Origin: a virus
DNA: 64,000 nucleotides
Virus record (IMG/VR): IMGVR_UViG_3300045988_114508
Coordinates: 67,938 to 131,937 of that record
Reading direction: 5' to 3' (one strand)
Shown: one piece after another, positions 1 through 10,043 of the stretch
Position numbering within the stretch: position 1 is the first letter of the stretch
Layout: each line of letters opens with the position of its first letter
Notes under the pieces: generated by a model
The model's database searches: none
Told to the model about the DNA's origin: nothing
The model's input: only the letters and a program-made list of their open reading frames with translations
Translations under genes and position numbers: made by a program

Positions 1-18
1 CCCATAAGTTCACAAGAT

Positions 19-3000
19 GTGATAGAAGCCTATGATACGCTTGTGGCTTTTGATGATTATTTTAATGTAAAATCAAGACAGGAAAAGAAGTTTACAGCCA
101 AAGACAAAGCCATGAGATCCTTGGTAAATGAATACCGAAGAAGTTTGATGGACTATAGGAATATGAATAACTTCTTGTCTAAGATGCTTGATAAAAGATT
201 CTTAGCTGAGGAAAACAGGGGGTTTTCAAAAGCGCTGTCTTCTCTATGGTCTACTCCTTATAAAGGGGATGACAAGGTTCCTGATTTTGCAGAGTCTAAT
301 AAAGTTGGTGAATATGACACTGATGAGGTAGTAGATCAAGCTGTGTCAGAAGGTAAGATTTCGGAAGACGAAGCTTGGACTATCAAGGCTTTTATGCATG
401 CTCTTGATAAAGTAAGGGAAGATAGGATGAAGGAAGCAGAAGATGATATAAAAGAGTCACCGCTTACGGAGTCTGTATCGGATGAAGATTATGAGGCTGC
501 TATGGATAATCCTATTATGGTTCCGGCCGTAAGGCAGTCTATAATTGATAAACTATATACAGGTAATGCCGATCTTCTTATTGCGAGAGAAAAAGATGTG
601 TATGATAAATACAAACAAGATTTTGATGATTATGTATCGTCTTTGGGTGACAGTCCCGTTAATCTCATAAAATCATTATCTGAAAAGGCTGATAGGCTTA
701 CAAGTCCGAGATCTGTGTATGAGGATAATAAAGCTATTATTGATATGGCTAAATCCAATTTGGAACCAGATCAAAGGAAGGAACTTGATGATGCTATTTC
801 TTCGTATGTTGATATAATGAACAGACGGGATAAAGGGGAGAAGGTTGACGAAGATAAGCTTGCCGATTCGGTATTTACCATAGAAGATCTTGGCCAGGTT
901 GGAAACATCACAGATCTCCTTTCTTATATCGAACAAAACAGGATTATTGATAAAGGTCGTATTTCCGAATCTACGTTAAGTAATTTTGGGGAGGATGATG
1001 CCAATATAGATTCTCTTGTAAATGAGTTAGATGAATCCGATAATACGCCTGGAGCCAATATAGATAGTGCCCAAAATCCAGAGACGTTGATGGTTAGAAG
1101 AATATCCAACGATGGCAACGAAAGGTATGAAATTGCGGGTCTTAGAGCCGATAAATTTATATCTTCTATAAAATCATTGGTTCCTATTCAAATAAGCTTT
1201 GAAACGAACGCTAATGGTACTAAAAGGTATTCTCTTAACATAGGTGGAGAAACGGCTACTATAATTGAACTGCCTTATCATGCGAGATGGTCTATAGACA
1301 AAGAATCGGCTCGTGTTCTTAACCGTTACACAGACGTGTCTATTCAGGACGTGGGTAATTCCTATTCTTTGGTTTATAAGCGTCTTGATTCAGATGAATT
1401 GGTTCCGTACAGAACAGGTGTCGGATTCGGAGAGAATGAGGTAGATAAAATAGATCAGGAAGCATTATCTTCTTTGAAAAAAGGAGATAAGGTTAATCTC
1501 GAAATAGATGTAAATGATACCTATAATCAGTCTCTTTTTGCCGAATACAATGATGCTGTTCAGTCCGGCGATAAAAAAAGAATAGAATCTGCTGAAAATA
1601 AACTGGTATCCAATATTGTTATCAAGGTCATGAGTGGAAACAGATTCGTTTCTGTTGTAAAAGCTGACACAGGGGGCATAGATGGTATAAGTAAAATAAG
1701 AAGAACGGCTTTTAACAAGTGGAAGAAGGACGCCGGACGGTCGGCTACCATCGGTGTCGGCACGCATGTTGTTGCCCAGACCCTTCCCGGGAGACCGGTG
1801 TTTAACATGAAGGTGAACGGTCAAGGATATGGCCAGGTAGAAAATCTCCCCATTACCGAAAAAGGTGCTGAAAAAGTATCTGATGTCGGATATGTATTAA
1901 ATGGCAAAGTCGTGCTTAAGAACGGATCTAAATACACAGGCTTCCCATTTGCTTATTCTATATTAAATGACAAGGGTAATAATTACAAAAATGTAAGAGT
2001 TCCGGTAGTCGTCATCAAAGGTAAAAACGGTCTTAATTATCTTTTCCCAGTTAGCCTACGTTCTGTAGAATCAGAGGAAGGGCAGAAATGGATGTCTTTT
2101 ATAGATATGCTGCTTGAATCTGGTGATTCTGAATTGCTACAGGTGGGTCAAGATGATATACAAGATCTTAATGCGTATCTAACCAAGTTAGGTCTTGATC
2201 CGGCTTCGTATCAAGTATCGTATTTGAATCCTATTTCAGGGCTTAGAAAAGCTCGTGAGGCTATAGAAAAATTATCTACGGTTCCTGATGTTGTTAAGTG
2301 GGTAGAAGATGAAAGCAGGAATGTGAAAGACATTGTGACGTCTGAAGTAGAATCTGGAATAGATTTCGAAGGTGAGATGTTTGTTGCTCCTAAGATCAGG
2401 ATTCAGTTTGGTAAATCATCTTCCAGACCTAAATCGCTTATAGAGGATGATCTTCCTTTCTCTGATGAGGGTAAGACCGTTACTTCTAAGGAAGACGTGG
2501 ATGTTTATGAAGAGGAAATGCCAGAGGAAGGGGCTGTCCGGGAGACTCAGCCGGCGCCATTAGCTCAGCCGGCTCCTGCGGCACAAGCTGCACAGTCTTT
2601 ACCTGGCAAGAAGCGTACCTCCAGGAAAAACTTCTCTCTTATGTTAAACGAAATAGAATCTCATATAGAAAAAGAAGGATTGCCGCCTTATGCTAATATT
2701 TTTGATTTTATAGCAAGGAAGATTGTAGGAGGTAATTTGAGGTTTCTTCGCGAGAGAGGCAATTCTAAAAGTCTTAAGGAGGAAATAGGATTAGAACCTA
2801 AAGGAACAGTAGGTGATAAAATATCCACTCCTTTCAGTAAAGGTGGTAAGACTTTAGAAGAATACGTTTCTTGGCTTCGTTCTCAAACAGATCAGGTAGT
2901 CGCGGATTATGTTGGGCCAAGATCTGACGAACAAATTATATCAGAGTTGAAAAACTTTTTGAAATATATTAATTTTGTTCCGAGCAAGGCTTTGAATTAT

Positions 3001-4266
3001 TCTCTTAGAGTCAATGGCATGGATACCCTAAAAGAATATGGCACAAAAGAGGAAGTAGAAAAAATGGAATCTGATATCAATAGTTTGGTTTCTAAAGTTT
3101 TGCCTACGGTGGATAACCAAACTGTAGAAGATGTTTCTACTGCAATAGGAACAAACAACTTGCCTGCCATATGGGAGCCAGTGGAAAGCCTTGATGTGAC
3201 AAACGAGGAAAAAATAGAGTTTTTGAATAATGTAGCAGATTTCCTTAGCGGCATTCCAGAGTATGATGCTGTTGTGGAATCTATAGAGTCAGAATCAGAT
3301 AATATTTTAAATAATGAGAAAGAAGGAAGCACAGGAGGTGGTACAGCACAGGCTAATGAAGAAGGCGGTGCAGTACGCACTGAGGAAGATGGCGATAAAA
3401 AGGGAGATGGAGAAGGCAAAGGACAATCCAGAACAAATGTCGAAGTTGAAGGAAATGTCGAATTACCTGGATCTCAAGAAGGAAAAGTAGATAACTATAG
3501 AAAGAACGGAGATAAGTTCTCTGATATTTCCGAAGTTACTTTATGGCTACTTAGAAGGGCTGCCGGCATAACTTCTATCCCGGAAGGAGAAGAGGTTTAT
3601 GTAGAGGGAGATGAGGTTAATAGTATTATGACCGATATGGAATCAAGGTACGGGATAGACACCATCAACCACTCGCATACGACTAAGGCTATAAGGGATC
3701 TTAACGGCGTGTCAGGTTATAAAGTAGAATACGGCTTAACCTTTTTGACACACGATCCTTTTATTAGAATATCCAATCTAAGGAAAGGATCTAAGGCTGC
3801 GAAAGACGAACCTCGTATATCCGAAGAGTCGCTTACTCACATATCAAGGGTGACAACCCCTTATTTCCTGTACGGCGGCGATGAAGCATATACATCTGTT
3901 CCGGCTAAGGTAGAACCTATACCGGAGAAGATAATGGGTCGTAATGGCATTAAATTTGGTATGAGTGTAGTCGAGTTAACCAAATTAGGGTACAAAAAAG
4001 CTGGTGGAAACTGGATATATAAATCCTATATGAACTCAGGTGTGTATGATTTGTATAATATCAGTACCGGTGAAGCGTTTAGGGCAAAACCGGATCTTGG
4101 AGTTAAGATAAGTTCCAGCGCATTCATCCGTTCTTTATCTCAATCTGGTAGAAAAATACAAAATATGATGAGTAACATGAGCCAGGAAGAGATAGATAGG
4201 AATAAGAATCTTGTAGAAGGTTCTGATAATTCGGATTCGATAAATGAGTTAAACAAGGAGTGTTGA
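19..4266 (+). CDS. giant protein, 5'-truncated at window edge (>=1415 aa); candidate virion-associated/ejected protein, function unknown
   Basis: uninterrupted 4.2-kb ORF open at the window start; Pro/Ala-rich linker PAPLAQPAPAAQAAQ; acidic Gly/Glu-rich segment (EGSTGGGTAQANEEGG...GDGEGKG); no catalytic motif recognised. Confidence 0.6.
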   Translation: MIEAYDTLVAFDDYFNVKSRQEKKFTAKDKAMRSLVNEYRRSLMDYRNMNNFLSKMLDKRFLAEENRGFSKALSSLWSTPYKGDDKVPDFAESNKVGEYDTDEVVDQAVSEGKISEDEAWTIKAFMHALDKVREDRMKEAEDDIKESPLTESVSDEDYEAAMDNPIMVPAVRQSIIDKLYTGNADLLIAREKDVYDKYKQDFDDYVSSLGDSPVNLIKSLSEKADRLTSPRSVYEDNKAIIDMAKSNLEPDQRKELDDAISSYVDIMNRRDKGEKVDEDKLADSVFTIEDLGQVGNITDLLSYIEQNRIIDKGRISESTLSNFGEDDANIDSLVNELDESDNTPGANIDSAQNPETLMVRRISNDGNERYEIAGLRADKFISSIKSLVPIQISFETNANGTKRYSLNIGGETATIIELPYHARWSIDKESARVLNRYTDVSIQDVGNSYSLVYKRLDSDELVPYRTGVGFGENEVDKIDQEALSSLKKGDKVNLEIDVNDTYNQSLFAEYNDAVQSGDKKRIESAENKLVSNIVIKVMSGNRFVSVVKADTGGIDGISKIRRTAFNKWKKDAGRSATIGVGTHVVAQTLPGRPVFNMKVNGQGYGQVENLPITEKGAEKVSDVGYVLNGKVVLKNGSKYTGFPFAYSILNDKGNNYKNVRVPVVVIKGKNGLNYLFPVSLRSVESEEGQKWMSFIDMLLESGDSELLQVGQDDIQDLNAYLTKLGLDPASYQVSYLNPISGLRKAREAIEKLSTVPDVVKWVEDESRNVKDIVTSEVESGIDFEGEMFVAPKIRIQFGKSSSRPKSLIEDDLPFSDEGKTVTSKEDVDVYEEEMPEEGAVRETQPAPLAQPAPAAQAAQSLPGKKRTSRKNFSLMLNEIESHIEKEGLPPYANIFDFIARKIVGGNLRFLRERGNSKSLKEEIGLEPKGTVGDKISTPFSKGGKTLEEYVSWLRSQTDQVVADYVGPRSDEQIISELKNFLKYINFVPSKALNYSLRVNGMDTLKEYGTKEEVEKMESDINSLVSKVLPTVDNQTVEDVSTAIGTNNLPAIWEPVESLDVTNEEKIEFLNNVADFLSGIPEYDAVVESIESESDNILNNEKEGSTGGGTAQANEEGGAVRTEEDGDKKGDGEGKGQSRTNVEVEGNVELPGSQEGKVDNYRKNGDKFSDISEVTLWLLRRAAGITSIPEGEEVYVEGDEVNSIMTDMESRYGIDTINHSHTTKAIRDLNGVSGYKVEYGLTFLTHDPFIRISNLRKGSKAAKDEPRISEESLTHISRVTTPYFLYGGDEAYTSVPAKVEPIPEKIMGRNGIKFGMSVVELTKLGYKKAGGNWIYKSYMNSGVYDLYNISTGEAFRAKPDLGVKISSSAFIRSLSQSGRKIQNMMSNMSQEEIDRNKNLVEGSDNSDSINELNKEC

Positions 4267-4268
4267 GT

Positions 4269-4799
4269 ATGAGAAGGAGATTTTTTAATGCTGCGGATAA
4301 TTTTGTGGGAGGATGTTATAATAAGTTATCCAATGAAGATATAAAAAGGCTTGGAGGAAAAAGACCTTATGTATGTCAGTTTAATAAAATTCATATACAT
4401 ATAGGGCCTGTATTAAAAGATCATGATTCCGATGTCAGTGATATAGTGTTTAATAGTGACTGGAATTATGGTAATTATGAATCTACGGTTTATCATCATA
4501 GCAATAATGGTATTTTTATATTAGGTGGAAATAAAATTGGTAATATAGAAGACCATATGCAAGATCTAACATATTGGTACGAATATGATCCGAGTCTTAA
4601 TGAAAATTATTGTTATTATTATTATGAAGCTGATAATAGTGGAAATGCTATTAAGTTGAATGGTGAGTTTAGTGATGTTAGCACTGTTTTTAATATTCCC
4701 AGTTTGAAAGTTACCACTCTTCGTGATGGCAGTTTGAGTTTTCCAGAGATTTATATAGAAGGAGTTTGGGATCCGTCATTGTATAAGTCGATTTTATAG
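4269..4799 (+). CDS. small N/Y/G-rich protein, MRRR(F/Y) N-terminus family (copy 1)
   Basis: ATG 4269 preceded by AAGGAG (4255-4260); track ORF starts at upstream GTG 4260; N-terminus MRRRFF shared with ORFs at 4886, 20603, 21224; a ~45-bp 5' cassette is duplicated at 4851-4895. Confidence 0.55.
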   Translation: MRRRFFNAADNFVGGCYNKLSNEDIKRLGGKRPYVCQFNKIHIHIGPVLKDHDSDVSDIVFNSDWNYGNYESTVYHHSNNGIFILGGNKIGNIEDHMQDLTYWYEYDPSLNENYCYYYYEADNSGNAIKLNGEFSDVSTVFNIPSLKVTTLRDGSLSFPEIYIEGVWDPSLYKSIL

Positions 4800-4885
4800 T
4801 TAATTTTGAAAAAAAGTTAATTATTATGGGTGTCAAATGTCAGATAGAAAAATTCGATAAATGAGTTAAATAAGGAGTGTTAAGT

Positions 4886-5464
4886 ATGAGAAGGAGATAC
4901 GAAGATGTTTCAAGTCTTGTTCAGTATCAGTTGAAGACCAATCAGCAGGGGAATATAGAGGTTTATGTTGATGACAGGTTTGTTGGAAACGTAAGTGAAG
5001 GAGTCTGTAATTGGAAGGATATTGAATACAAGAGTAAGGTTACTATATCTTTGAAAGGAGTCGAGGATAAGGCTAAAACTTCAAGTAAAAGAGTCGGTCC
5101 TTATTGTCACATTTATAGCATATTTGGAGGAAATGAATCTTATCATGCAGGTCCGGATAGTAATATAAAAAAGAGTCCGGTTACCACCTTTATAATGTAT
5201 TGTTATAAAAATGGGGATATTACAACTACCACTACTTATACTAAAAATTTATCTGGAACTCTTCAGATAGGTAAAACACAATTGACTATCAATTACAAAC
5301 AAAGTAAAAGTCAGTCTTTCTCCGGTGGTTCTGGAGATTATGTAACATCCGTATCTGATTTCCCTTTTGTTACTGGTCCAGGAAATGATAGCGTTGAGTT
5401 CGAAGGAGAGGGAAGATTGATAGTTGATACAGAGGCTTCGCATTATGAAATAGAAGTTTCATAA
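4886..5464 (+). CDS. small N/Y/G/T-rich protein, MRRR(F/Y) N-terminus family (copy 2)
   Basis: ATG 4886 preceded by duplicated AAGGAGTGTTAAGT cassette; begins MRRRYEDV; Thr run TTTTTYT. Confidence 0.55.
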   Translation: MRRRYEDVSSLVQYQLKTNQQGNIEVYVDDRFVGNVSEGVCNWKDIEYKSKVTISLKGVEDKAKTSSKRVGPYCHIYSIFGGNESYHAGPDSNIKKSPVTTFIMYCYKNGDITTTTTYTKNLSGTLQIGKTQLTINYKQSKSQSFSGGSGDYVTSVSDFPFVTGPGNDSVEFEGEGRLIVDTEASHYEIEVS

Positions 5465-5479
5465 TTTCTATTTTTATAC

Positions 5480-5487
5480 TATCTTTG
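5480..5487 (+). promoter_or_regulatory. Bacteroidetes-type -7 promoter box TATCTTTG (TAnnTTTG)
   Basis: exact match to the TAnnTTTG consensus, 19 nt upstream of ATG 5506. Confidence 0.4.
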
Positions 5488-5505
5488 TCTAAAATATTTA
5501 TCACT

Positions 5506-7764
5506 ATGGGTGTCAAATGTCAGATAGAAAAAAAGGAAAATGAAATAAAACGGGTTAAGGCTCCTAACGGGGAGCCTTCCGTTCTTTACGAAAGTGCTTT
5601 AAAAGTATTAGGAAACAGCGAGCGGGCTCTTCAGGTATGGGCTAAGGCTTACACTCCTGGTTTTTTGTCGTATTACGGTCATTGGAATAACCCGGCTCCA
5701 GGGGAGATGTTTAACACCGATCCCAATGGCGAACCTCTTTTAGAAGATGTGCTGTCGTATATGAAGCGTCAGACTTATTTTGCTGATCCTTTAACGGCTC
5801 AGGATGTTAAGGATGTAAGGGATTTCCTTTTGTCTACTCATTATTTTTTCAATGCGTCTTCATTGTCTAATGCTATCCTCTTCGATTTTTATGTAGATGG
5901 CAGTTTGATACTGAATGAGCAGAAATTAAGGAGATCCGGTTTGTATGATGAAACAGAAATAAGTCGTATTTTATCCGATCCTTCTGTTTTAAATGAGGTT
6001 TCGATTTCCATGAGAAAGTTAATAGATTGTTCTATTAACGAACATGATAGGGAAAAGGATAATTATTTTATGTCTATTGACTATCAGTATGGTCCTATTG
6101 TTTACAAGGAGGGAGTGTTTAACCAATTTGGTAAAAAAGTACCATATAATCCTTCTGAGCTTTATTATGCTATGCGTAAAACAGTAGCCGGCATAAAAAA
6201 CTTTTCTGAATTTTCATCTGCTTTTGAATCGTTGAGAAACTCATACCCTGAACTGGTTGATAAATTCGTTTATGATAAAGAATTTGCCGAATCTATGTTT
6301 GATGAGTTCTCATCTACGAATAAGATTCCGGTAATAAACATAGAAGGGGATGATGTGGTAGAAGGCAAGAGAAGATCCTTGTCTAAGCTACAAGATCTGT
6401 CTTATTACAATCCTGGCAAAATAGAGTTCCTAAGAGCTCGTATATCAGCTTATTTACATAGGGCTAATGCCGACACCGAATCCGATTTAAGAAGCATGAT
6501 ATGGGATATAGAAGAGGCTTGTACGTGGTTTGGCATAGATATAATAGGGACATCGGAAACTTATGATGGCACAGAAGAATCTTTGAATAAGATAGATAAT
6601 TTGATGCTGGATCTTGATATTTATGTGGCCAGGCATAATGATGTAAATTATGCTCCAACGCTGGCATCTTCTATAGATGATGTTCTTGGTGATAGCACAG
6701 ATTATTATTTTGGATTATTACCGGAGTATATGGATAATTTGAATATCGTTTATTCTGAATCCGATATAGACCCAGTAGAGGCATTTGAGAAACATTCATT
6801 GCTTAAGGTAGGAGATAATCTATATCAAAGGATCAGCAAAGATGATCTTAACGAGATGTATCAAATATCAACAGTATTAGCCAAGCACAACCTAACTCAT
6901 TTTTCTACTAAAATATATCCTGAATCTTGTTTTAAGAACGGCGTTTTGGATAAAGAGAAAGTACGGAACGTAGATAATAATACGCTCATGGATTCCATTA
7001 AAAAATACGTCAGATCGTTCATGGATTCTCAGAACACGGAGGACATGATAATGACCAGGATGGCGTTTGGTCACCCGGCGGTACTTGACGTTCCTTACGT
7101 GGATGTGGATCGGGAGTATAGTCGATACATGAACAAAAAACAAGATAGCGAAAACCCATTATCCTTATTCGATTTATACCAATCTTACCTTGACAACAAA
7201 CTCCATAAAACAAAATTATATGATAATGCCTATAAGTATCTTGACTTCAAACCTGGTCCATCTTTGGGTCTTATTTCTGATGATCCTGATATTTTGAAAT
7301 CAATAGAATTATCTTTATCTGGAAAAGATAGGCTGATGTTGTTTGATTATAGCATGACCAGCACCGACCCTTTTTTATCAGAATTGTTTTATTTGGAGAA
7401 GTATGACTCTTCGTATGCCGGGAATGATTTTGAACATTATTTTTACACCAGGCACCCGTATCTGTTAAAAGAAAAATCGGGTCCTAATATCGTAGAGCAA
7501 GATGGTGTTATAACAGCCGAAGGTATTTATGATAATTTTATAAGAGTAGGTAATAAGATATGGTCTAAAGTAAGCGAGAGTAGTTCCGGCTCTATCTACC
7601 AAAATCTGACAGGAACCGAATCAGAGGTGAAATACGATTCTACTCAGAAGGCTAAGACGGTAGAAACCGATTACGCTCCATACCAAAACAGATCTGGCCT
7701 GACGCAAGATATGATCGTAAGCAAGTCTGAATTGGATGATCTTAACAAATTAGAATGCAAATAA
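5506..7764 (+). CDS. large protein (~753 aa), function unknown; candidate virion/ejected protein
   Basis: 2.2-kb ORF; track start 5485 is TTG; first ATG at 5506 sits inside a 27-bp repeat also present at 4826-4852; no motif recognised. Confidence 0.6.
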   Translation: MGVKCQIEKKENEIKRVKAPNGEPSVLYESALKVLGNSERALQVWAKAYTPGFLSYYGHWNNPAPGEMFNTDPNGEPLLEDVLSYMKRQTYFADPLTAQDVKDVRDFLLSTHYFFNASSLSNAILFDFYVDGSLILNEQKLRRSGLYDETEISRILSDPSVLNEVSISMRKLIDCSINEHDREKDNYFMSIDYQYGPIVYKEGVFNQFGKKVPYNPSELYYAMRKTVAGIKNFSEFSSAFESLRNSYPELVDKFVYDKEFAESMFDEFSSTNKIPVINIEGDDVVEGKRRSLSKLQDLSYYNPGKIEFLRARISAYLHRANADTESDLRSMIWDIEEACTWFGIDIIGTSETYDGTEESLNKIDNLMLDLDIYVARHNDVNYAPTLASSIDDVLGDSTDYYFGLLPEYMDNLNIVYSESDIDPVEAFEKHSLLKVGDNLYQRISKDDLNEMYQISTVLAKHNLTHFSTKIYPESCFKNGVLDKEKVRNVDNNTLMDSIKKYVRSFMDSQNTEDMIMTRMAFGHPAVLDVPYVDVDREYSRYMNKKQDSENPLSLFDLYQSYLDNKLHKTKLYDNAYKYLDFKPGPSLGLISDDPDILKSIELSLSGKDRLMLFDYSMTSTDPFLSELFYLEKYDSSYAGNDFEHYFYTRHPYLLKEKSGPNIVEQDGVITAEGIYDNFIRVGNKIWSKVSESSSGSIYQNLTGTESEVKYDSTQKAKTVETDYAPYQNRSGLTQDMIVSKSELDDLNKLECK

Positions 7765-7809
7765 TTTTTGTATATATATAATATAGTTTTTTCATAGTTA
7801 TAATTTGGG

Positions 7810-7840
7810 AAGTGAGGCTTGTGAAAGTCTCACTTTTCTC
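7810..7840 (+). terminator. hairpin + T-rich tail downstream of the 753-aa gene
   Basis: AAGTGAG-N12-CTCACTT stem followed by TTTCTC. Confidence 0.35.
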
Positions 7841-8267
7841 ATATATGTACGTATATCAATAACATACAAGAAAAGTTAGATTTTCATTGTTTATGAATTA
7901 TTTTTATTAAGTTTGCAATATTAGTTTCAGGAAGGGATTATAGAAATAGGAAAAAGTAAGAACCGGACGTAACTAATAACAGTAGGAAATGAGAATCAGT
8001 ACCATCAAACGTAACAACAGCATTCATCTTATGTATAAAAACATTATGAATGATTTAGGTCAATTAAGAACTGTAGTTTCAAAATCCTATATTTATAATC
8101 TGATACGAAATCAAACCGGATTAAGTATCAGAACTATATCCCATGTCTTGAATCACACAAAAGAACAGGATACAGATTCTTTGTGAAAAGCGTACATTTT
8201 CATACATTTGTGTATTCTTTAGTTTTTAGATTTAAGTTTTTCATGGTATTAGTTTAGATTAGTGTAG

Positions 8268-8304
8268 ATCAGGGTTCGCAGTGATGCGGGCCCTGGTTTG
8301 ATTT
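8268..8304 (+). terminator. GC-rich hairpin + TTTGATTT
   Basis: CAGGGTTCGC...GCGGGCCCTG imperfect stem followed by a T-rich tract; local GC spike in an AT-rich spacer. Confidence 0.3.
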
Positions 8305-8343
8305 AAAAAGTATTAAAATATTTGCTATTTAAGATCCTGTTCC

Positions 8344-8351
8344 TATCTTTG
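8344..8351 (+). promoter_or_regulatory. Bacteroidetes-type -7 promoter box TATCTTTG
   Basis: exact TAnnTTTG match 51 nt (44 nt box-to-ATG spacer) upstream of ATG 8395. Confidence 0.35.
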
Positions 8352-8394
8352 TTTCAGAAACAATGAACAACGAGATCCCACCTCTGGTTGTTTG

Positions 8395-9126
8395 ATGTTG
8401 AAAGATATTTTTGGCTCATTAGGGTTTGTCATAGTGGGATCTGACATTCTCTTTTGGGCCTATTTTTTTATTATGGATAATACTTGTATTCCTTTTGTGT
8501 TAATAAACGACAGAAAAATGATTGACGCAAAACATGTTCATAAATTGTTAGAATGTAAGTATGATTTTAAACATTGGATTAAGGATGTAATATCATCTTT
8601 TAATTTTAAGGATGGAATAGATTATATATCATATAGATATGATAATAATGGAGAACAAATAATAGATAATAATAGTCATGTATTTAGGCATGACTATTAT
8701 TTATTCCCCAAATCGATTCTGTGTATCATCTATATGAAGTGTGATAGATCTTTATTTAAAGATTTTATTTATGATATATTTGATTGTTGTAATATTAAAA
8801 ATGACGATCGGGTATTAGATATAATACATAGATCTATCGATAGGTATAATAAAAAATGTATAAAATATTTTACATATATAATAAGAAATAATAATAATGG
8901 TTTTTATAAAATAGGTAAAAGCTCTGATGTAAAAAGAAGGCTATCTGGGTTGTCTATTGTAGAAGATAACTTAACATTAATAGCTTATGTGGATAAAGAT
9001 ATAGAGAGCGAGCTTCATGCAAGATTTGATATCAAAGGGATATACAGAGAATGGTTCAACTTATCAGATTGCGATTTGAATGATATAATTGATAAATATA
9101 AATTCAAGTTGTGTGACATGGCTTGA
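8395..9126 (+). CDS. T5orf172 / GIY-YIG-like (MUG113-type) domain protein with hydrophobic N-terminus
   Basis: C-terminal FYKIGKSSDVKRRLSGL ... ELHARFDIKGIYREWFNL matches the T5orf172/GIY-YIG-like signature (YKIG.T.....R...L ... lH..f....EWF); N-terminal hydrophobic segment; AT-rich, Ile/Asn/Lys-heavy composition typical of a cargo gene. Confidence 0.45.
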   Translation: MLKDIFGSLGFVIVGSDILFWAYFFIMDNTCIPFVLINDRKMIDAKHVHKLLECKYDFKHWIKDVISSFNFKDGIDYISYRYDNNGEQIIDNNSHVFRHDYYLFPKSILCIIYMKCDRSLFKDFIYDIFDCCNIKNDDRVLDIIHRSIDRYNKKCIKYFTYIIRNNNNGFYKIGKSSDVKRRLSGLSIVEDNLTLIAYVDKDIESELHARFDIKGIYREWFNLSDCDLNDIIDKYKFKLCDMA

Positions 9127-9308
9127 ATTTTATTACAATAAAAAGTGATTAAGAGATGAGTCTATGGTGATATTTACTCATCTTTTCTTATTTTTCTGAA
9201 AATACTTCTCTTCTATAGGAAATAAACACACCCATATTCCACCCTGCAATCATGATCTTTGTTACGTGCTTCATGCACGTATGTTTAACAATTAAATACT
9301 ATAAAATT

Positions 9309-10043
9309 ATGGGTGGTGATAAAATCGTCCTTTTAGATGGAGCCGGGGCTAACGGTGGTGGTGCAGCCACTAACGGTCTTCTTTCAATGATTCCCGGCAT
9401 GTTTGCTAATTTGATAGGTGGTAATAAAATGGATCCGAATCTGGTGGCGGCTTTGATGAACGGTCGTAACAACCAGGACGGTTTCGGTGGGGCTAACGGT
9501 TGGTGGCTCTGGATAATTGTTTTGTTCTGGCTGTGGGGTGGACGCGGCTTCGGTAACGGTTTTGGAAATGGCGGTGATTGTTGTGCCAATGGTTTGCCGG
9601 CTCAGTTGAATAACGATTACGGTCGTGAACTTTTGATGCAGGCAATTCAAGGTAATCGTAGCGCCATAGATCAGATTGCTTCTGCTTTGAACTGTTCTAC
9701 TACTCAACTTCAAAACGCTATCTGCAACGTACAGGGTGCCATTGATAAAGTAGCTGGTCAGGTAGGTATGACTTCTCAGGCTGTTATCAACGCAGTTCAA
9801 CAACAAGGTTGTGAAATAGGAAATCAAATCAGCTCTTGCTGCTGCAATCTGAGTTCATTGATCAATCAAAGCATTTGCCAGACTCAGGGAATGATTACTC
9901 AGCAAGGTTTTGAAAAGATATTTTTGAAAAGTGCGGAGCGAAGAAGCCGGATAAAGCGACATGGGGCGATGTCCAATATGTCTTTGCAATGTACTATTCG
10001 GATGGTTTTCCGAAGGTCTTCAAATGTGAGAACGAGTTGGTGA
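9309..10043 (+). CDS. glycine-rich single-pass membrane protein with Cys/Gln-rich C-terminal domain
   Basis: MGGDKIVLLDGAGANGGGAATNG...; Trp-rich TM segment GWWLWIIVLFWLWGG; GFGNGFGNGG repeats; C-terminal CC/CCC clusters and Q-rich tract; ATG 9309 is an internal start of the track ORF 9252. Confidence 0.45.
   Translation: MGGDKIVLLDGAGANGGGAATNGLLSMIPGMFANLIGGNKMDPNLVAALMNGRNNQDGFGGANGWWLWIIVLFWLWGGRGFGNGFGNGGDCCANGLPAQLNNDYGRELLMQAIQGNRSAIDQIASALNCSTTQLQNAICNVQGAIDKVAGQVGMTSQAVINAVQQQGCEIGNQISSCCCNLSSLINQSICQTQGMITQQGFEKIFLKSAERRSRIKRHGAMSNMSLQCTIRMVFRRSSNVRTSW

Noticed and set aside
676-3419. Minus-strand ORFs inside the 1415-aa gene (676-936, 924-1118, 1465-1824, 1560-1808, 2997-3419)
   Set aside because: They lie entirely antisense within a long, well-supported coding frame and have low-complexity, Ser/Pro/Leu-rich translations. 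These are typical shadow ORFs.
7989-8186. 65-aa plus-strand ORF in the 7765-8391 spacer
   Set aside because: No promoter box or RBS-like context, Asn/Ile-rich low-complexity translation, and it is flanked by two terminator-like hairpins. It is more likely non-coding spacer.
9299-9827. Minus-strand ORFs (9299-9589, 9384-9827) opposite the glycine-rich gene
   Set aside because: Pro/Pro-rich translation (PPFPKPLPKPRPP) is the antisense image of GGN glycine codons, so these are shadow ORFs.
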